Origin: Candidatus Eiseniibacteriota bacterium
GTDB lineage: Bacteria > Eisenbacteria > RBG-16-71-46
Length of the DNA: 64,000 nt
Assembly (NCBI GenBank): GCA_036522895.1
Contig: DATDEX010000279.1
Location: 5,793 to 69,792, forward strand
Direction of reading: 5' to 3'
Position 1 is the stretch's first letter; every line of letters starts with the position of its first letter. Under the pieces are notes generated by a model, which saw only the letters and a list, made by a program, of their open reading frames with translations, was not told where the DNA came from and made no database searches. Below, one piece after another: positions 20,701 to 29,392 of this stretch. Made by a program: the position numbers and the translations under genes.

Positions 20701-20871
20701 GTAGAAGTGGCGCGGCTCGCCCGGAACGCCCGACACCGCGAGCACGCGCCCGCCGCGGAACGGGCCCACGAGCCGCCAGTGGAGGTCCTGGAACAGGACC
20801 GGGTTCACGGGCGCCGCGAGAGCGGAGCTGGCGACGAGCAGGCAGGACGCGACGAGGCGGAGCATGGACAT
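17752..20871 (-). CDS. BNR/Asp-box repeat protein (glycosyl-hydrolase-like, sortilin/Vps10-type beta-propellers), secreted
   Basis: 1039 aa with a signal peptide and at least 10 Asp-box motifs (STNAGRTW, SDDGGATW, TRDGGAHW, STDGGEHW, SDDRGAHW, STDGGRSW, TEDRGEHW, TRDDGAHW, TRDGGRSW, FDDGDHW). Confidence 0.7.
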   Translation of the reverse strand: MSMLRLVASCLLVASSALAAPVNPVLFQDLHWRLVGPFRGGRVLAVSGVPGEPRHFYFGAVNGGVWESTNAGRTWRPIFGTAPVGSIGALAIAPSNPRVIYAGTGEADMRSDISQGKGVYRSDDGGATWRFDGLGDSQQIGRIQVDPHDANVAWVAALGHPYGPNAERGVFRTRDGGAHWTKVLGPDANTGAIDVVLAPDDPRVLYAALWQARRTPWNIYPPSSGPGSGLYKSTDGGEHWAKLAGNGFAASPGRIGLAVAPSEPARLYAVVDADSGGLYRSDDRGAHWRRTSSDTRIWQRGWYFSGVTVEPENADVVYVCNTLLLRSTDGGSSFAPIEGDATGDDFHTLWIDPTNPESRVLGTDQGTIVSTDGGRSWSSWYNQPTAQIYHVSADNRFPYWVYGAQQDAGAVGLPSRTSTVDGVTLEQFRELTPGGESQYLVPDPLDPEVLYGGTVDRYDSRTDQVHSIDPTLPLPDQWRTTWTLPLAFSRRDPHVLYFARQKVFRTEDRGEHWTVISPDLTREAPGAPANLDRVSAAHDLGLGPRRGVVYALAPSALADHDLWAGTDDGLVWRTRDDGAHWANVTPGALTPWSKVGIIEASHFDAEAAYLAVDRHRLDDRKPYIYRTRDGGRSWQWVASGIPADHFVNAVREDPLRRGLLYAATEEGVYVSFDDGDHWQSLQLGLPVTSVRDLVVHEDDLVIATHGRGIWVLDGVAPLRQVEAKVAAAAAWLYAPAKTFRERPAHFTGTPMPKDEPMAPNPPAGAWIDYVLGAGATQPVTLEIHDAAGQLVQHWSSADSTAPPDPAHMPTAPQWITPARRLAATAGMHRFVWSLHYAPQGAVGGRPGRGTDGAWAPPGDYTVTLTVAGQALTRPLTLAPDPRVKLEPAAYREQFDLARQIELGSVRLAKAADAAGKLQKELTARRGGAQAPIVAVLDAFQARLTALSGSEPSTNPANAFAFPPKHLESLRWLAGALGNLREAVEGADVAPSPDAREGVAKLLPMVDAAIAAWEKFVATELPALNAKLTGAGMKPIESGS

Positions 20872-21002
20872 CGTGATCTCCCGGGGGGCGGACGGACGAA
20901 CGGCGTTGAGCGCGCGCCATTCTAGGGCGAGGGGACGGGCGCGCGCAGCGGGGGGCGGGCGGGCGTCGGGGGCGCCCCAGTCGCGGGCGCGCCACTCTCT
21001 CC

Positions 21003-21057
21003 TTGACAGCTTAGGAGAGCAGTTCCTAGACTCCTGAGCATCTTAGGAGGGCGCATG
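21003..21057 (+). promoter_or_regulatory. candidate sigma70-like promoter and PadR operator repeats upstream of padR
   Basis: TTGACA at 21003-21008 with a weak -10 (TAGACT) about 17-18 bp downstream. The motif CTTAGGAG occurs twice and its near-complement CTCCTGAG once, overlapping the GGAGG SD and the ATG at 21055. Confidence 0.3.
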
Positions 21058-21423
21058 GGAGACGCGAAAAACACGGGACCGACGGGCGAACCCGCGCAGC
21101 TGCTGCAGGGCACGTTGGATCTCCTCATCCTGAAGGCCGTCTCGCTCGGCCGGCTCCACGGCTACGGCATCCTGGTTCGCATCGGCCAGATCTCGGGCCG
21201 CGCGCTGCTCGTGGAGCAGGGTGCCCTCTACCCGGCGCTCTTCCGGCTCGTGCGGCAGGGGCTCCTCAAGGGCACGTGGGGCACGTCGGACAACAATCGG
21301 CGCGCCAAGTTCTACGAGCTCACGGCGACGGGCCGCGCGCGGCTCCGCGAGGAGACCGCGGGCTGGAACCGCCTCGCCGCCGCCATCAACAGCGTGCTCG
21401 CCACGCAGCCGGGTGAAGTGTGA
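21055..21423 (+). CDS. PadR-family transcriptional regulator
   Basis: 122 aa. 'LLQGTLDLLILKAVSLGRLHGYGI...GALYPALFRLVRQGLL' is the PadR winged-helix signature. Its stop overlaps the next gene's start (GTGA). Confidence 0.8.
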   Translation: MGDAKNTGPTGEPAQLLQGTLDLLILKAVSLGRLHGYGILVRIGQISGRALLVEQGALYPALFRLVRQGLLKGTWGTSDNNRRAKFYELTATGRARLREETAGWNRLAAAINSVLATQPGEV

Positions 21424-24074
21424 GCGTCGTGGCCACGCTGCGCGCCTGGTACCAGCGCTTCTTCCGCCGGGCCGAGCTCGAGCGCGAGCTGGGCGACGAG
21501 CTCTCTTCGCACGTCCAGCTCCGCGCCGACGACCTCGAGCGCTCGGGGCTCGTCCGCGCCGAGGCGGAGCGGCGGGCCCGCATCGAGCTGGGCGGGGAGC
21601 TCCGGACGCGCGAAGAGATCCACGACGCCATCGGCGGCACGTTCCTCGACACGCTCGGGCAGGACATCCGCTATGGCTGGCGGGTGCTGTGGCGCACGCC
21701 GGCGTTCACGCTGGTCGCCGTGCTCACGCTGGCGCTCTGCATCGGCGCCAACTCGGTGGTGTTCGGCGCGCTCGATGCGCTGGTCCTGCGCCCGCTCGAC
21801 GTGCCGCGCGCGCAGAGCCTGTTTTCCGTGCACCGGGTGAAGGGTTCCTCGTCCTATCAGTCGTACCCCGACTACCTCGACTACCGCGACCGCAATCGCA
21901 GCATGGAGGACCTGGCGGCCTACGGCATCGTGCGCGCCGGCTTCGACAGCGGCGACACGCCGCTCCCGAGCTGGGGATACATCGCGAGCGGCAACTTCTT
22001 CGACGTGATGGGCGTGCGTCCCTACCGGGGGCGGTTCTTCCACGCGTCGGACGAGCGCGGGCCGGGGAGCGCGCCGCTCGTCGTGCTGTCGTTCGCCTGC
22101 TGGCACCGGCAGTTCCACGACGACCCCGGGGTCGTCGGTCGCACGGTGCGGTTGAACGCCGGCCGCTACACGGTGATCGGCGTCGCCGGGCCCGGCTTCA
22201 ACGGGCCGCTCCTCATGGGCGCCCCCGACTTCTTCGTGCCGCTGGTCGAGCAGCCGCAACTCGACGGCGAAAACAGGCTCGAGACGCGCTCGAACCGCTG
22301 GCTGTTCATGGTGCTCGGGCACCTGAAGGCCGGCGTCACCCGCGAGCAGGCCGCGGCCGACTTCACCGCCTTGAGCGCCGCGTTCGAGCGCGCGCACCCG
22401 AAGGACGTGGCGAAGGCGACGTACGTGCTGTGGCGTCCGAACCTCTACGGCGAGTTCCTCGGCGGCCCGGTGCGGGGATTCCTGAGCGCGCTCATGCTGC
22501 TGGCCGGCCTCATCCTCGTGGCCGCGTGCGTGAACCTGGGCGGGTTGTTCGCGGCGCGCTCCGCCGACCGCGCGCGCGAGATCGCGGTGCGGCTGGCGCT
22601 CGGCGCCGGCCGCGGGCGCATCCTGCGCCAGCTCGTCACCGAGGCGCTGCTCATCTCGTTCCTCGGCGGTGTGCTCGGGCTGGTGGGGAGCGTCGCGCTG
22701 CTCCGCGCCCTGCTCGACTGGAACCCGTTCCCGCAGTTCCCGCTGCGAATCCCGGTGACGCCGGACGCGAGCATCGTGGTGCTGGCGTTGCTCATGTCGA
22801 TCGCGACCGGGTTCGCGTTCGGCGCCATTCCCGTGCGGCAGGTCTTCCGCACCGAGCCTTACGAGGTGATCAAGACGGGTGGGCTCTCCGGTGTGCTCCA
22901 GCGGACGCGGCTCCGCGACCTGCTGCTCGTGGCGCAGATCGCCATCTGCGCGCTGCTCGTGACGTCGTCGTTCGTGGCCGTGCGCGGGCTCGCGCGCTCG
23001 CTGCACGGTGACTTCGGGTTCGAGCCCAGGGGCACGCTGATCGCGCAGACCGGCCTCGGCATGGCCGGCTACCACGGCGACGCCGTGCTGCCGATGCAGA
23101 AGCGACTGCTCGAGAGCCTCGCGTCGCTGCCGGGCGTAACCGCGGTCGCCTCGACGGACTGGGCGCCGCTCACCACCGGCGACGCCAACGGCGAGCGCAT
23201 CTACAAGGAGTCCGAGACCGACCTGCGCCCGGGCGGCGGCACGCCGGTACTGGTGATGAAAGTGTCGCCCGGCTATCTCGCCGCCGCGCGCACGCACCTC
23301 GTGGCGGGCCGCGACCTCGACTGGCACGACGACACCACCGCGACGCGCGTCGCGCTCGTCAACCGCACGTTCGCCCGCGAGCAATTCGGCTCCGAGGCCT
23401 CGGCACTCGGCCGGTCGTTCCGCCGGCGCGACGCGAGCCTGGTGCAGGTGGTGGGCATCGTCGAGGACGGGAAGTACGAAAACCTGTCCGAGGCGCCGCA
23501 GCCCACGATGTTCCTGCCGCTCGCGCAGGCCGGTACGGGCGAAATGGACATTCTCGTCCGCGGCACCGGCGACCCGCAGGCACTCGCCGAGGCGGTCCGC
23601 GTCCGCATGCGGACCGTTGACCCGGCACTGCCGTGCTTCCTGCAGTCGTACGACTCGGCGCTCAATCTTGCCTTGTTCCCCGCGCGCGTCGCGGGCGTGG
23701 CGCTCGGCATCCTGGGCGTGATCGCGGCCGTGCTGTCGATCACCGGCATCTTCGGACTGGCGGCCTACGCGGTGAGCCGTCGCATGCGCGAGTTCGGCAT
23801 TCGCATCGCGCTCGGGGCGGAGCCGCGCGACGTGCTGCGGGCGGCGCTCGCGCGCCCGTTCCGCCTGCTCGGCTATGGATCCCTCGCCGGCGTGGTGCTC
23901 GGGCTCCTCGCGAGCCGGGTGCTGGGGTCGATCGTGTACCAGGCGAACCCGCGCGATCCCGTGGTGCTCGCGGGCGCGGTGCTGGTCATGTTCCTGCTCG
24001 GCCTCCTCGCGACGTGGATCCCGGCGAAGCGGGCGCTCTCCGTGAACCCACTCGTGTTGCTGCGGGAGGAGTGA
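21420..24074 (+). CDS. ADOP-family (FtsX/MacB-like duplicated) ABC permease
   Basis: 884 aa. The N-terminus 'DIRYGWRVLWRTPAFTLVAVLTLALCIGANSVVF' and two FtsX-like 4-TM modules are typical of the PadR-associated ADOP permeases of Acidobacteria/Gemmatimonadetes. Confidence 0.8.
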   Translation: MSVVATLRAWYQRFFRRAELERELGDELSSHVQLRADDLERSGLVRAEAERRARIELGGELRTREEIHDAIGGTFLDTLGQDIRYGWRVLWRTPAFTLVAVLTLALCIGANSVVFGALDALVLRPLDVPRAQSLFSVHRVKGSSSYQSYPDYLDYRDRNRSMEDLAAYGIVRAGFDSGDTPLPSWGYIASGNFFDVMGVRPYRGRFFHASDERGPGSAPLVVLSFACWHRQFHDDPGVVGRTVRLNAGRYTVIGVAGPGFNGPLLMGAPDFFVPLVEQPQLDGENRLETRSNRWLFMVLGHLKAGVTREQAAADFTALSAAFERAHPKDVAKATYVLWRPNLYGEFLGGPVRGFLSALMLLAGLILVAACVNLGGLFAARSADRAREIAVRLALGAGRGRILRQLVTEALLISFLGGVLGLVGSVALLRALLDWNPFPQFPLRIPVTPDASIVVLALLMSIATGFAFGAIPVRQVFRTEPYEVIKTGGLSGVLQRTRLRDLLLVAQIAICALLVTSSFVAVRGLARSLHGDFGFEPRGTLIAQTGLGMAGYHGDAVLPMQKRLLESLASLPGVTAVASTDWAPLTTGDANGERIYKESETDLRPGGGTPVLVMKVSPGYLAAARTHLVAGRDLDWHDDTTATRVALVNRTFAREQFGSEASALGRSFRRRDASLVQVVGIVEDGKYENLSEAPQPTMFLPLAQAGTGEMDILVRGTGDPQALAEAVRVRMRTVDPALPCFLQSYDSALNLALFPARVAGVALGILGVIAAVLSITGIFGLAAYAVSRRMREFGIRIALGAEPRDVLRAALARPFRLLGYGSLAGVVLGLLASRVLGSIVYQANPRDPVVLAGAVLVMFLLGLLATWIPAKRALSVNPLVLLREE

Positions 24075-25109
24075 GGGGCGGGGGGAGCTGGAGCTCGACA
24101 CTGTAGGCACTGCTCGAGCCCGTTCGCCATGGGCTGCCTGAACGGTCGCTCGCTTCCCGGCGAGAGCACGGTGAGCGGCATCACGACGGCGAGGGTCGCG
24201 CTCGGCAGCGGGCAGCATGTGGAGGGATCGTGCTCGCGAGCATCCGGGTCGCGTCGGCGCTGGGTCCGCGAGCTTGACCGGGTCTCGTGGACACTATGGA
24301 AAGCGCGCTCGTGGGCGGGCTATTGCTGGGGCGGTGGATCGTAAGGGTCCAGGTGATCCCGCGAGGCGGAGATGCAGCCCATCTAACCACCCCAGTCGAG
24401 TGCCGGGGCACCCACTGTCCAGATTCCAGATCCTGGACGGACAGTGCGGTCTTGGCCGCAATTAGCAAGCATCTCAACCGAACTTGGCGGAATCAATTGC
24501 CGGCGACCGGTGGAAGCTTGAGTCGACGCTCCAGATATCGCGAGGAGTCGATTCCCGATCGCGCCCTTTTGTCTTGACTAACTGGGAATGCGAGACCACA
24601 TTTCGGACCTGCACAAAGGAAGCCGAGGCGAACGCCAGCGTGCCCCCGAACTCCTGGCGCCAATCCACCTCATCTCCGCTCGGCAGCTTGTTCTACGATT
24701 GCCAAGGGCGGACGCCCAACCTCACAATGAGTAATGCGTCGTATATCGTGGCAGGGGAAAGAGACCCGGTACCAGGGGGGCGAGCGTGCTGGGCGACGAA
24801 AGATCGAGATGTGCTCCTCGCGCTGAGCGCGAGTCGAGCTCGCGGGGCAACCAGGTTTCTCGTGCGACTGAACTGCGGTGGCAGAGGAGCGGCCCTCCCG
24901 ATTACGCCGGAGACGCCGCCCCGCCCAATGGTCCGAGAAACGGGCACCCTTCAGGAGTGGCTCAACCGAATCTCCTAAGAATGCGGCAGTTCGCCGACGT
25001 TGATTGCAGAAGGGATTCGGCGACAAGACTGGGACCGGCCGTGGAACCAGTTCAGTCCCGCGCACCAGCACCTGTGCGGTCTAGTAGAGCGCCCAGGCCG
25101 ATTCAGACA

Positions 25110-26123
25110 TTGTGCATCGCCCTTACGGCGACGCTTGGGCTCTCGGGATGCGCCTGGTTAAGAGTATCCGTGCCTCATGGCCCTGAATCCATAGCCGCTG
25201 TACCCACGAGCAGGTACTTTGGCGCGGACTGGGTAATCCTTCAGGCGCCTCTAGACACTGCCACGATACACCCCGGAGATTCCCGTGACCTCACTGGCAC
25301 GCAGAATTACACTCAATGCTACATTGTGGGCGCAACATCCAGCGTGCCCGCAAAGTCGTGGTCTGATGTCTATTTTGGGTGGAATCGTCCACAGGGGGAC
25401 ACGCTAAACCTCCGATTGGCACGAGTGTTGGACCTCGGCGCAGGATTTAGCAACACCGATGAGGGAGCAATAATCCTTAGAAACGTGCGCATCCTTGAAG
25501 CGCGGGACTTGGCCCCCCGATCCTGTCGGCTCCTTGCCTCGAATGGACTTCCCCTCTTGCCATCGGTCGCAGCATTGTTCGGAGCAGACTCCTTCAAGTT
25601 CGTCTCGCGCTCGGTCGCAGCAAGAAAGCTCAAGGCGCAGGCATTCGGGCGAGGTTATCTCCACGTGGATGCGATTATGGACTCCACCTATTTCGCCTTC
25701 GATGGCATGCGCTGGATTGGGGCGAAGTATGTCGGATTTGAGGTTGCCGACGACGAAGCGCGCGACATACACTCGGTTCCTTTTAATGTGTGGGTGAGCC
25801 TGCCAAACAACTTCCAAATTAATTGCTTCCCCACGAACCAAAAGGCCGAAAATGGCAGCTATCGCTATGGCGTGGTGTGGTCCCGTACCGCGGCCGGACC
25901 GGGTCAGGAGGGGAAGGGGACCTGCTACCTCGGGCTTGGCGAGTGGGTGCCGATCGGTGCAGACAGCTCTGGGGTAGTCAGCGGCAGCTTCGGGGAGGTC
26001 ATGGTTGAAGCGGAGCCGGCCAGCACATTGCACATTTCATTCAAAGGACATCACTTGGCCACGCGCATATTCGCTTCAGATCGGGAACGTGAGGGTTTGG
26101 AAACGTGGATCCAAAGACATTGA
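25110..26123 (+). CDS. hypothetical lipoprotein (low-GC islet)
   Basis: Start tentatively at in-frame TTG 25110 giving LCIALTATLGLSGC (lipobox). The longer ORF begins 24786 but lacks signal-peptide logic. No known domain recognised. Confidence 0.3.
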   Translation: MCIALTATLGLSGCAWLRVSVPHGPESIAAVPTSRYFGADWVILQAPLDTATIHPGDSRDLTGTQNYTQCYIVGATSSVPAKSWSDVYFGWNRPQGDTLNLRLARVLDLGAGFSNTDEGAIILRNVRILEARDLAPRSCRLLASNGLPLLPSVAALFGADSFKFVSRSVAARKLKAQAFGRGYLHVDAIMDSTYFAFDGMRWIGAKYVGFEVADDEARDIHSVPFNVWVSLPNNFQINCFPTNQKAENGSYRYGVVWSRTAAGPGQEGKGTCYLGLGEWVPIGADSSGVVSGSFGEVMVEAEPASTLHISFKGHHLATRIFASDREREGLETWIQRH

Positions 26124-26146
26124 CAAGAATACCCTACATAGGAACG

Positions 26147-26986
26147 ATGTCTCTTATTGCGGCGCTGCTGTTAACCGCAACCGATTATCAGGGGCCACTT
26201 GTTGGAGGACGTCACAGTGGTCAATATATGTTTCGCTATGCGTCGACTTGGGATTCCGCTGCGAAGATAGTGAACAACGCAATCATCAATGAATCCAAGG
26301 GGGACCGGCTCTCGATCGATTGGGCAGGGGGATTCATTAACCGTAGCGACTTGCGCGGGGGGCGGCCGCTGGACCCATTGGAGGTGGATAGTACGTGGTT
26401 CTCGTGCGGCGCTCCGAATGAGAAGGCTGGAGCTCTAGTATTGTTTGGAAGCCCCGAGGACACTTTGCCAGCGCCTGTATACGATGTGGGAGCTGGATCT
26501 ATTGTGAGGTCGAATGATGCCCCCCAGCGGCGCAATGAGCATGGGGTCGCGATTGGTGCGGCGATTCTGCGGTCGGGCATGTTGTTCGGCACAGGTAAGG
26601 ATCGACAACGGATCGAGCTTGAATCGCGGTACGAGAAGGGATTGATCACCTACGAAGTGACCGAGGATCGAGAGACCGGTTTGGCATTGCCACTTGATAG
26701 AGGATTGCGGAACGCGTTCCAGACTTCCGGTTGGAGGATAAGTAGTGAAGCTGCATTGACGAACAGGGTCGAATTGGTCAGGGGTGCGTTCGGTTACCCA
26801 TGGACTGGTGTCGGTTACACTGCGGTGTGGCCACCTGGCGTTCATGTGTCGGTACGGCTCAGTGCAAAACGCTACATCGTCAAACTCGTGCCGATGTTCG
26901 TCTTTGATCGTGAAGGTCGCGTTTGCAGTACAGGTCCGGCGGTACTGCACTTTCCGATTGGCGAGATCGCTGGGGAGGATCAGTGA
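26147..26986 (+). CDS. hypothetical secreted/membrane-anchored protein (low-GC islet)
   Basis: ORF 26105..26986. MSLIAALLLTATDYQ is an N-terminal hydrophobic segment. It overlaps the upstream gene's stop (operon). No known domain recognised. Confidence 0.3.
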   Translation: MSLIAALLLTATDYQGPLVGGRHSGQYMFRYASTWDSAAKIVNNAIINESKGDRLSIDWAGGFINRSDLRGGRPLDPLEVDSTWFSCGAPNEKAGALVLFGSPEDTLPAPVYDVGAGSIVRSNDAPQRRNEHGVAIGAAILRSGMLFGTGKDRQRIELESRYEKGLITYEVTEDRETGLALPLDRGLRNAFQTSGWRISSEAALTNRVELVRGAFGYPWTGVGYTAVWPPGVHVSVRLSAKRYIVKLVPMFVFDREGRVCSTGPAVLHFPIGEIAGEDQ

Positions 26987-27591
26987 CTTGCCCCTCATCG
27001 GGAAAGGCGCCGACAGACCGATTGATCGGGTAGCACGACACGGGTCGGTGGCGCGCACGTGGTTACACGTAGCTTGTGCGGCTGGTCGTGAGCCGGCGAC
27101 GACGACCAGGAGCATAAAGGCCCGGGGCCGACGACGACGCGATAGCGAGATCTTGGAGACGTGATCGTCGTGAACTCATTTCAGCGGGGGATCACGCGGG
27201 AGCGCTCTTTGCGCCGCCCAGATGGACCATCGCATCACATCCGAGCCTTGGAGGACGTTGAGGTTCGTGGAAGAGCGATCCTGCGAGTCGGGCGGTGGTG
27301 AGGGGCGACGACTCATGATGAACAAGCTATCCACATTGCCTCGTGCGGCGCACGCGTGCGGCGAAGGGGTTGGCACGGGCCAAGCGAGCCGTCAACGACT
27401 CTCTCGGCGGTGCCGTTCTCACTTTCGTACGCAATCTGCCCGCGCTTGTGCTCGCTTGTTGACCTGACTCCGAGCGAAGTCGCCAACCAATGGCAGGGCG
27501 AACCCACCGCCGAGAGCGCCATCTGCTCCAGCCAATGCCGTCTTGAAATCGGGCCAACGCCAATGCAGCCGGGGGGCCCAGCTTCGAGTGT

Positions 27592-29379
27592 CTAGCGGGC
27601 GGAGAGGTTTGCGGACGAGAGTCGCATCGCCGATCCGACGAGCCCGGCCATGCTGTACGTCTGGACGAAGTTTCCCCACGGCTCGCGCGTGCGCGGGTCG
27701 ACGTGCTCGGCGAGGAGCCCGTGACGGTTGCGGCAGGCGAGCACGTTCTCGAACAGCGCTCGCGCCTCCTCGTGCCGGCCGAGCGCGGCCAGCGCATCGA
27801 CGTACCACAGCGTGCAGACGAGGAACGCGTTCTCCGGCGCGCCGAAGTCGTCCGCCTCGACGTAGCGGAAGATGAAGTCGCCCCGCCGGAGCTCGCGCTC
27901 GATCGCGCCGACGGTGCCCGCGAACCGGGGGTCGTCCGCGGCAATGAAGCCGAGACCCGGAAGCAGCAGCAGGCTCGCGTCGAGCGCGTCGCCGCCGCCC
28001 ATCGTGGCCACGAAGCTCGCCCGCCGCGGGTTCCACGCCCGCTCGGAGATGACCCGGTGCATGTGCTCCGCGCGCACGCCCCACGCGGCTGCGCGATCGG
28101 CCAGTCCGAGATGCGCGGCGCACTTCGCCGGGCGGTCGCAGGCGGCCCAGCACATGACGCTCGAGAACGTGTGCACGCGCGCGGCGCCGCGAAGCTCCCA
28201 GAGTCCGGCGTCGGGGCGGTCGAACAACGTGGCGGCGCGCTCGCCCAGTGGCTCCAGGCGCCGGAACAGCTCCGTGTCGCCGGGGCCGGGTTTGCGTCCC
28301 AGCAATACCCGCGCTACGGCCAAAACCACCCAGCCGTACACGTCGTGCTGCGTCTGGTGCGCGGCCTGGTTGCCCACGCGCACGGGCCCCATGCCGCGGT
28401 AGCCGGGGAGCGTATCGATCACCCGCTCCTCGGGCACGGACTCGCCCGAGATCGCGTACACGGGCTGGAGCGGCGCTCCGCCGGCCCCGGCGAGCACGCC
28501 GAGAAGGTAGTCGACGTATCGCTCCAGCGCTCGCGTGGCGCCGAGTCGGTAGAGGGCGTCACCCACGAAGTACGCGTCGCGCGGCCAGCAGTAGCGATAG
28601 TCCCAGTTGCGCGCGCTGCCGGCCGCCTCGGGGATCGACGTGGTCATCGCGGCGATGATCGCGCCCGTCTCTTCGCATGCGTTCAGCTCGAGCGTGATGG
28701 CGGCGCGAATTGCGGCGTCCTGCCACTCGGACGGGAGGGCGAGCGAGCGAACCCATTCTCGCCAGTGGTCGCGCGTGGCTTCGAAATAGGCGCGACCCAG
28801 GTCGGCGGCGGCGCCGGCCAGGGGCTCGTCGGGTCCCAGGACGAGCGTCGCCTCGCGCTCGAGGAGGAGTGGGTACTCCTCCGCCACGCCGGCGATCGGC
28901 AGGTCCGTCGAGAGCCGCAGCGCGACCTCGCCGCCCGAGTAGCGGAGGTGATCCGGGCCACGAGCGACCTCCGCGCGGCGCCGGCCGTAGTCGCACGCGG
29001 GCCGCACGCGAACCCGGATGCGGGGCTGGCCGGCGAGCGGGCGGATGCGGCGGATCAGCAGCCTTGGGGCTTCGAGCCGGCCGTCCCTGCGAGAGCGCGG
29101 AAGGAAGTCGGTGATCTCGACCGATCCGCCGTGGCGATCGTGGAGGCGGGTGACGAGCATCGGGGTCTCCGCGACGTACTCCTGTTCGTCGCTCACGAAA
29201 TCGAGCAGCTCGATGGCGAAGAACCCGTAATCGTCCTCGCGCTGGCGCTCCCGGAGGAGCGTGCAGAACACGGGATCGCCGTCGAAACGCGGGAAGCACG
29301 CCCAGGCGATCTCGCCCCGGGGCGCGATCAGCGCGGCGAGGGCGCCGTTGCCGACGAGTGCGAGGTCGAGCGACGTCAC
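27592..29379 (-). CDS. glycoside hydrolase family 15 (glucoamylase/glucodextranase/trehalase-like)
   Basis: 595 aa. The N-terminus 'LALVGNGALAALIAPRGEIAWACFPRFDGDPVFCTLL' matches the GH15 N-domain. 'NWDYRYCWPRDAYF' and 'LLAEHVDP...GNFVQTYSMAGLV' match the (alpha/alpha)6 catalytic-domain blocks. Confidence 0.8.
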   Translation of the reverse strand: MTSLDLALVGNGALAALIAPRGEIAWACFPRFDGDPVFCTLLRERQREDDYGFFAIELLDFVSDEQEYVAETPMLVTRLHDRHGGSVEITDFLPRSRRDGRLEAPRLLIRRIRPLAGQPRIRVRVRPACDYGRRRAEVARGPDHLRYSGGEVALRLSTDLPIAGVAEEYPLLLEREATLVLGPDEPLAGAAADLGRAYFEATRDHWREWVRSLALPSEWQDAAIRAAITLELNACEETGAIIAAMTTSIPEAAGSARNWDYRYCWPRDAYFVGDALYRLGATRALERYVDYLLGVLAGAGGAPLQPVYAISGESVPEERVIDTLPGYRGMGPVRVGNQAAHQTQHDVYGWVVLAVARVLLGRKPGPGDTELFRRLEPLGERAATLFDRPDAGLWELRGAARVHTFSSVMCWAACDRPAKCAAHLGLADRAAAWGVRAEHMHRVISERAWNPRRASFVATMGGGDALDASLLLLPGLGFIAADDPRFAGTVGAIERELRRGDFIFRYVEADDFGAPENAFLVCTLWYVDALAALGRHEEARALFENVLACRNRHGLLAEHVDPRTREPWGNFVQTYSMAGLVGSAMRLSSANLSAR

Positions 29380-29392
29380 GCGCGCAGCCGGT

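Noticed and set aside
24786-25109. Upstream 108 codons of ORF 24786..26123
   Set aside because: It has no signal-peptide logic and is low-complexity. The lipobox LTATLGLSGC appears only after an in-frame TTG at 25110, so a shorter gene is more plausible. The start is still uncertain.
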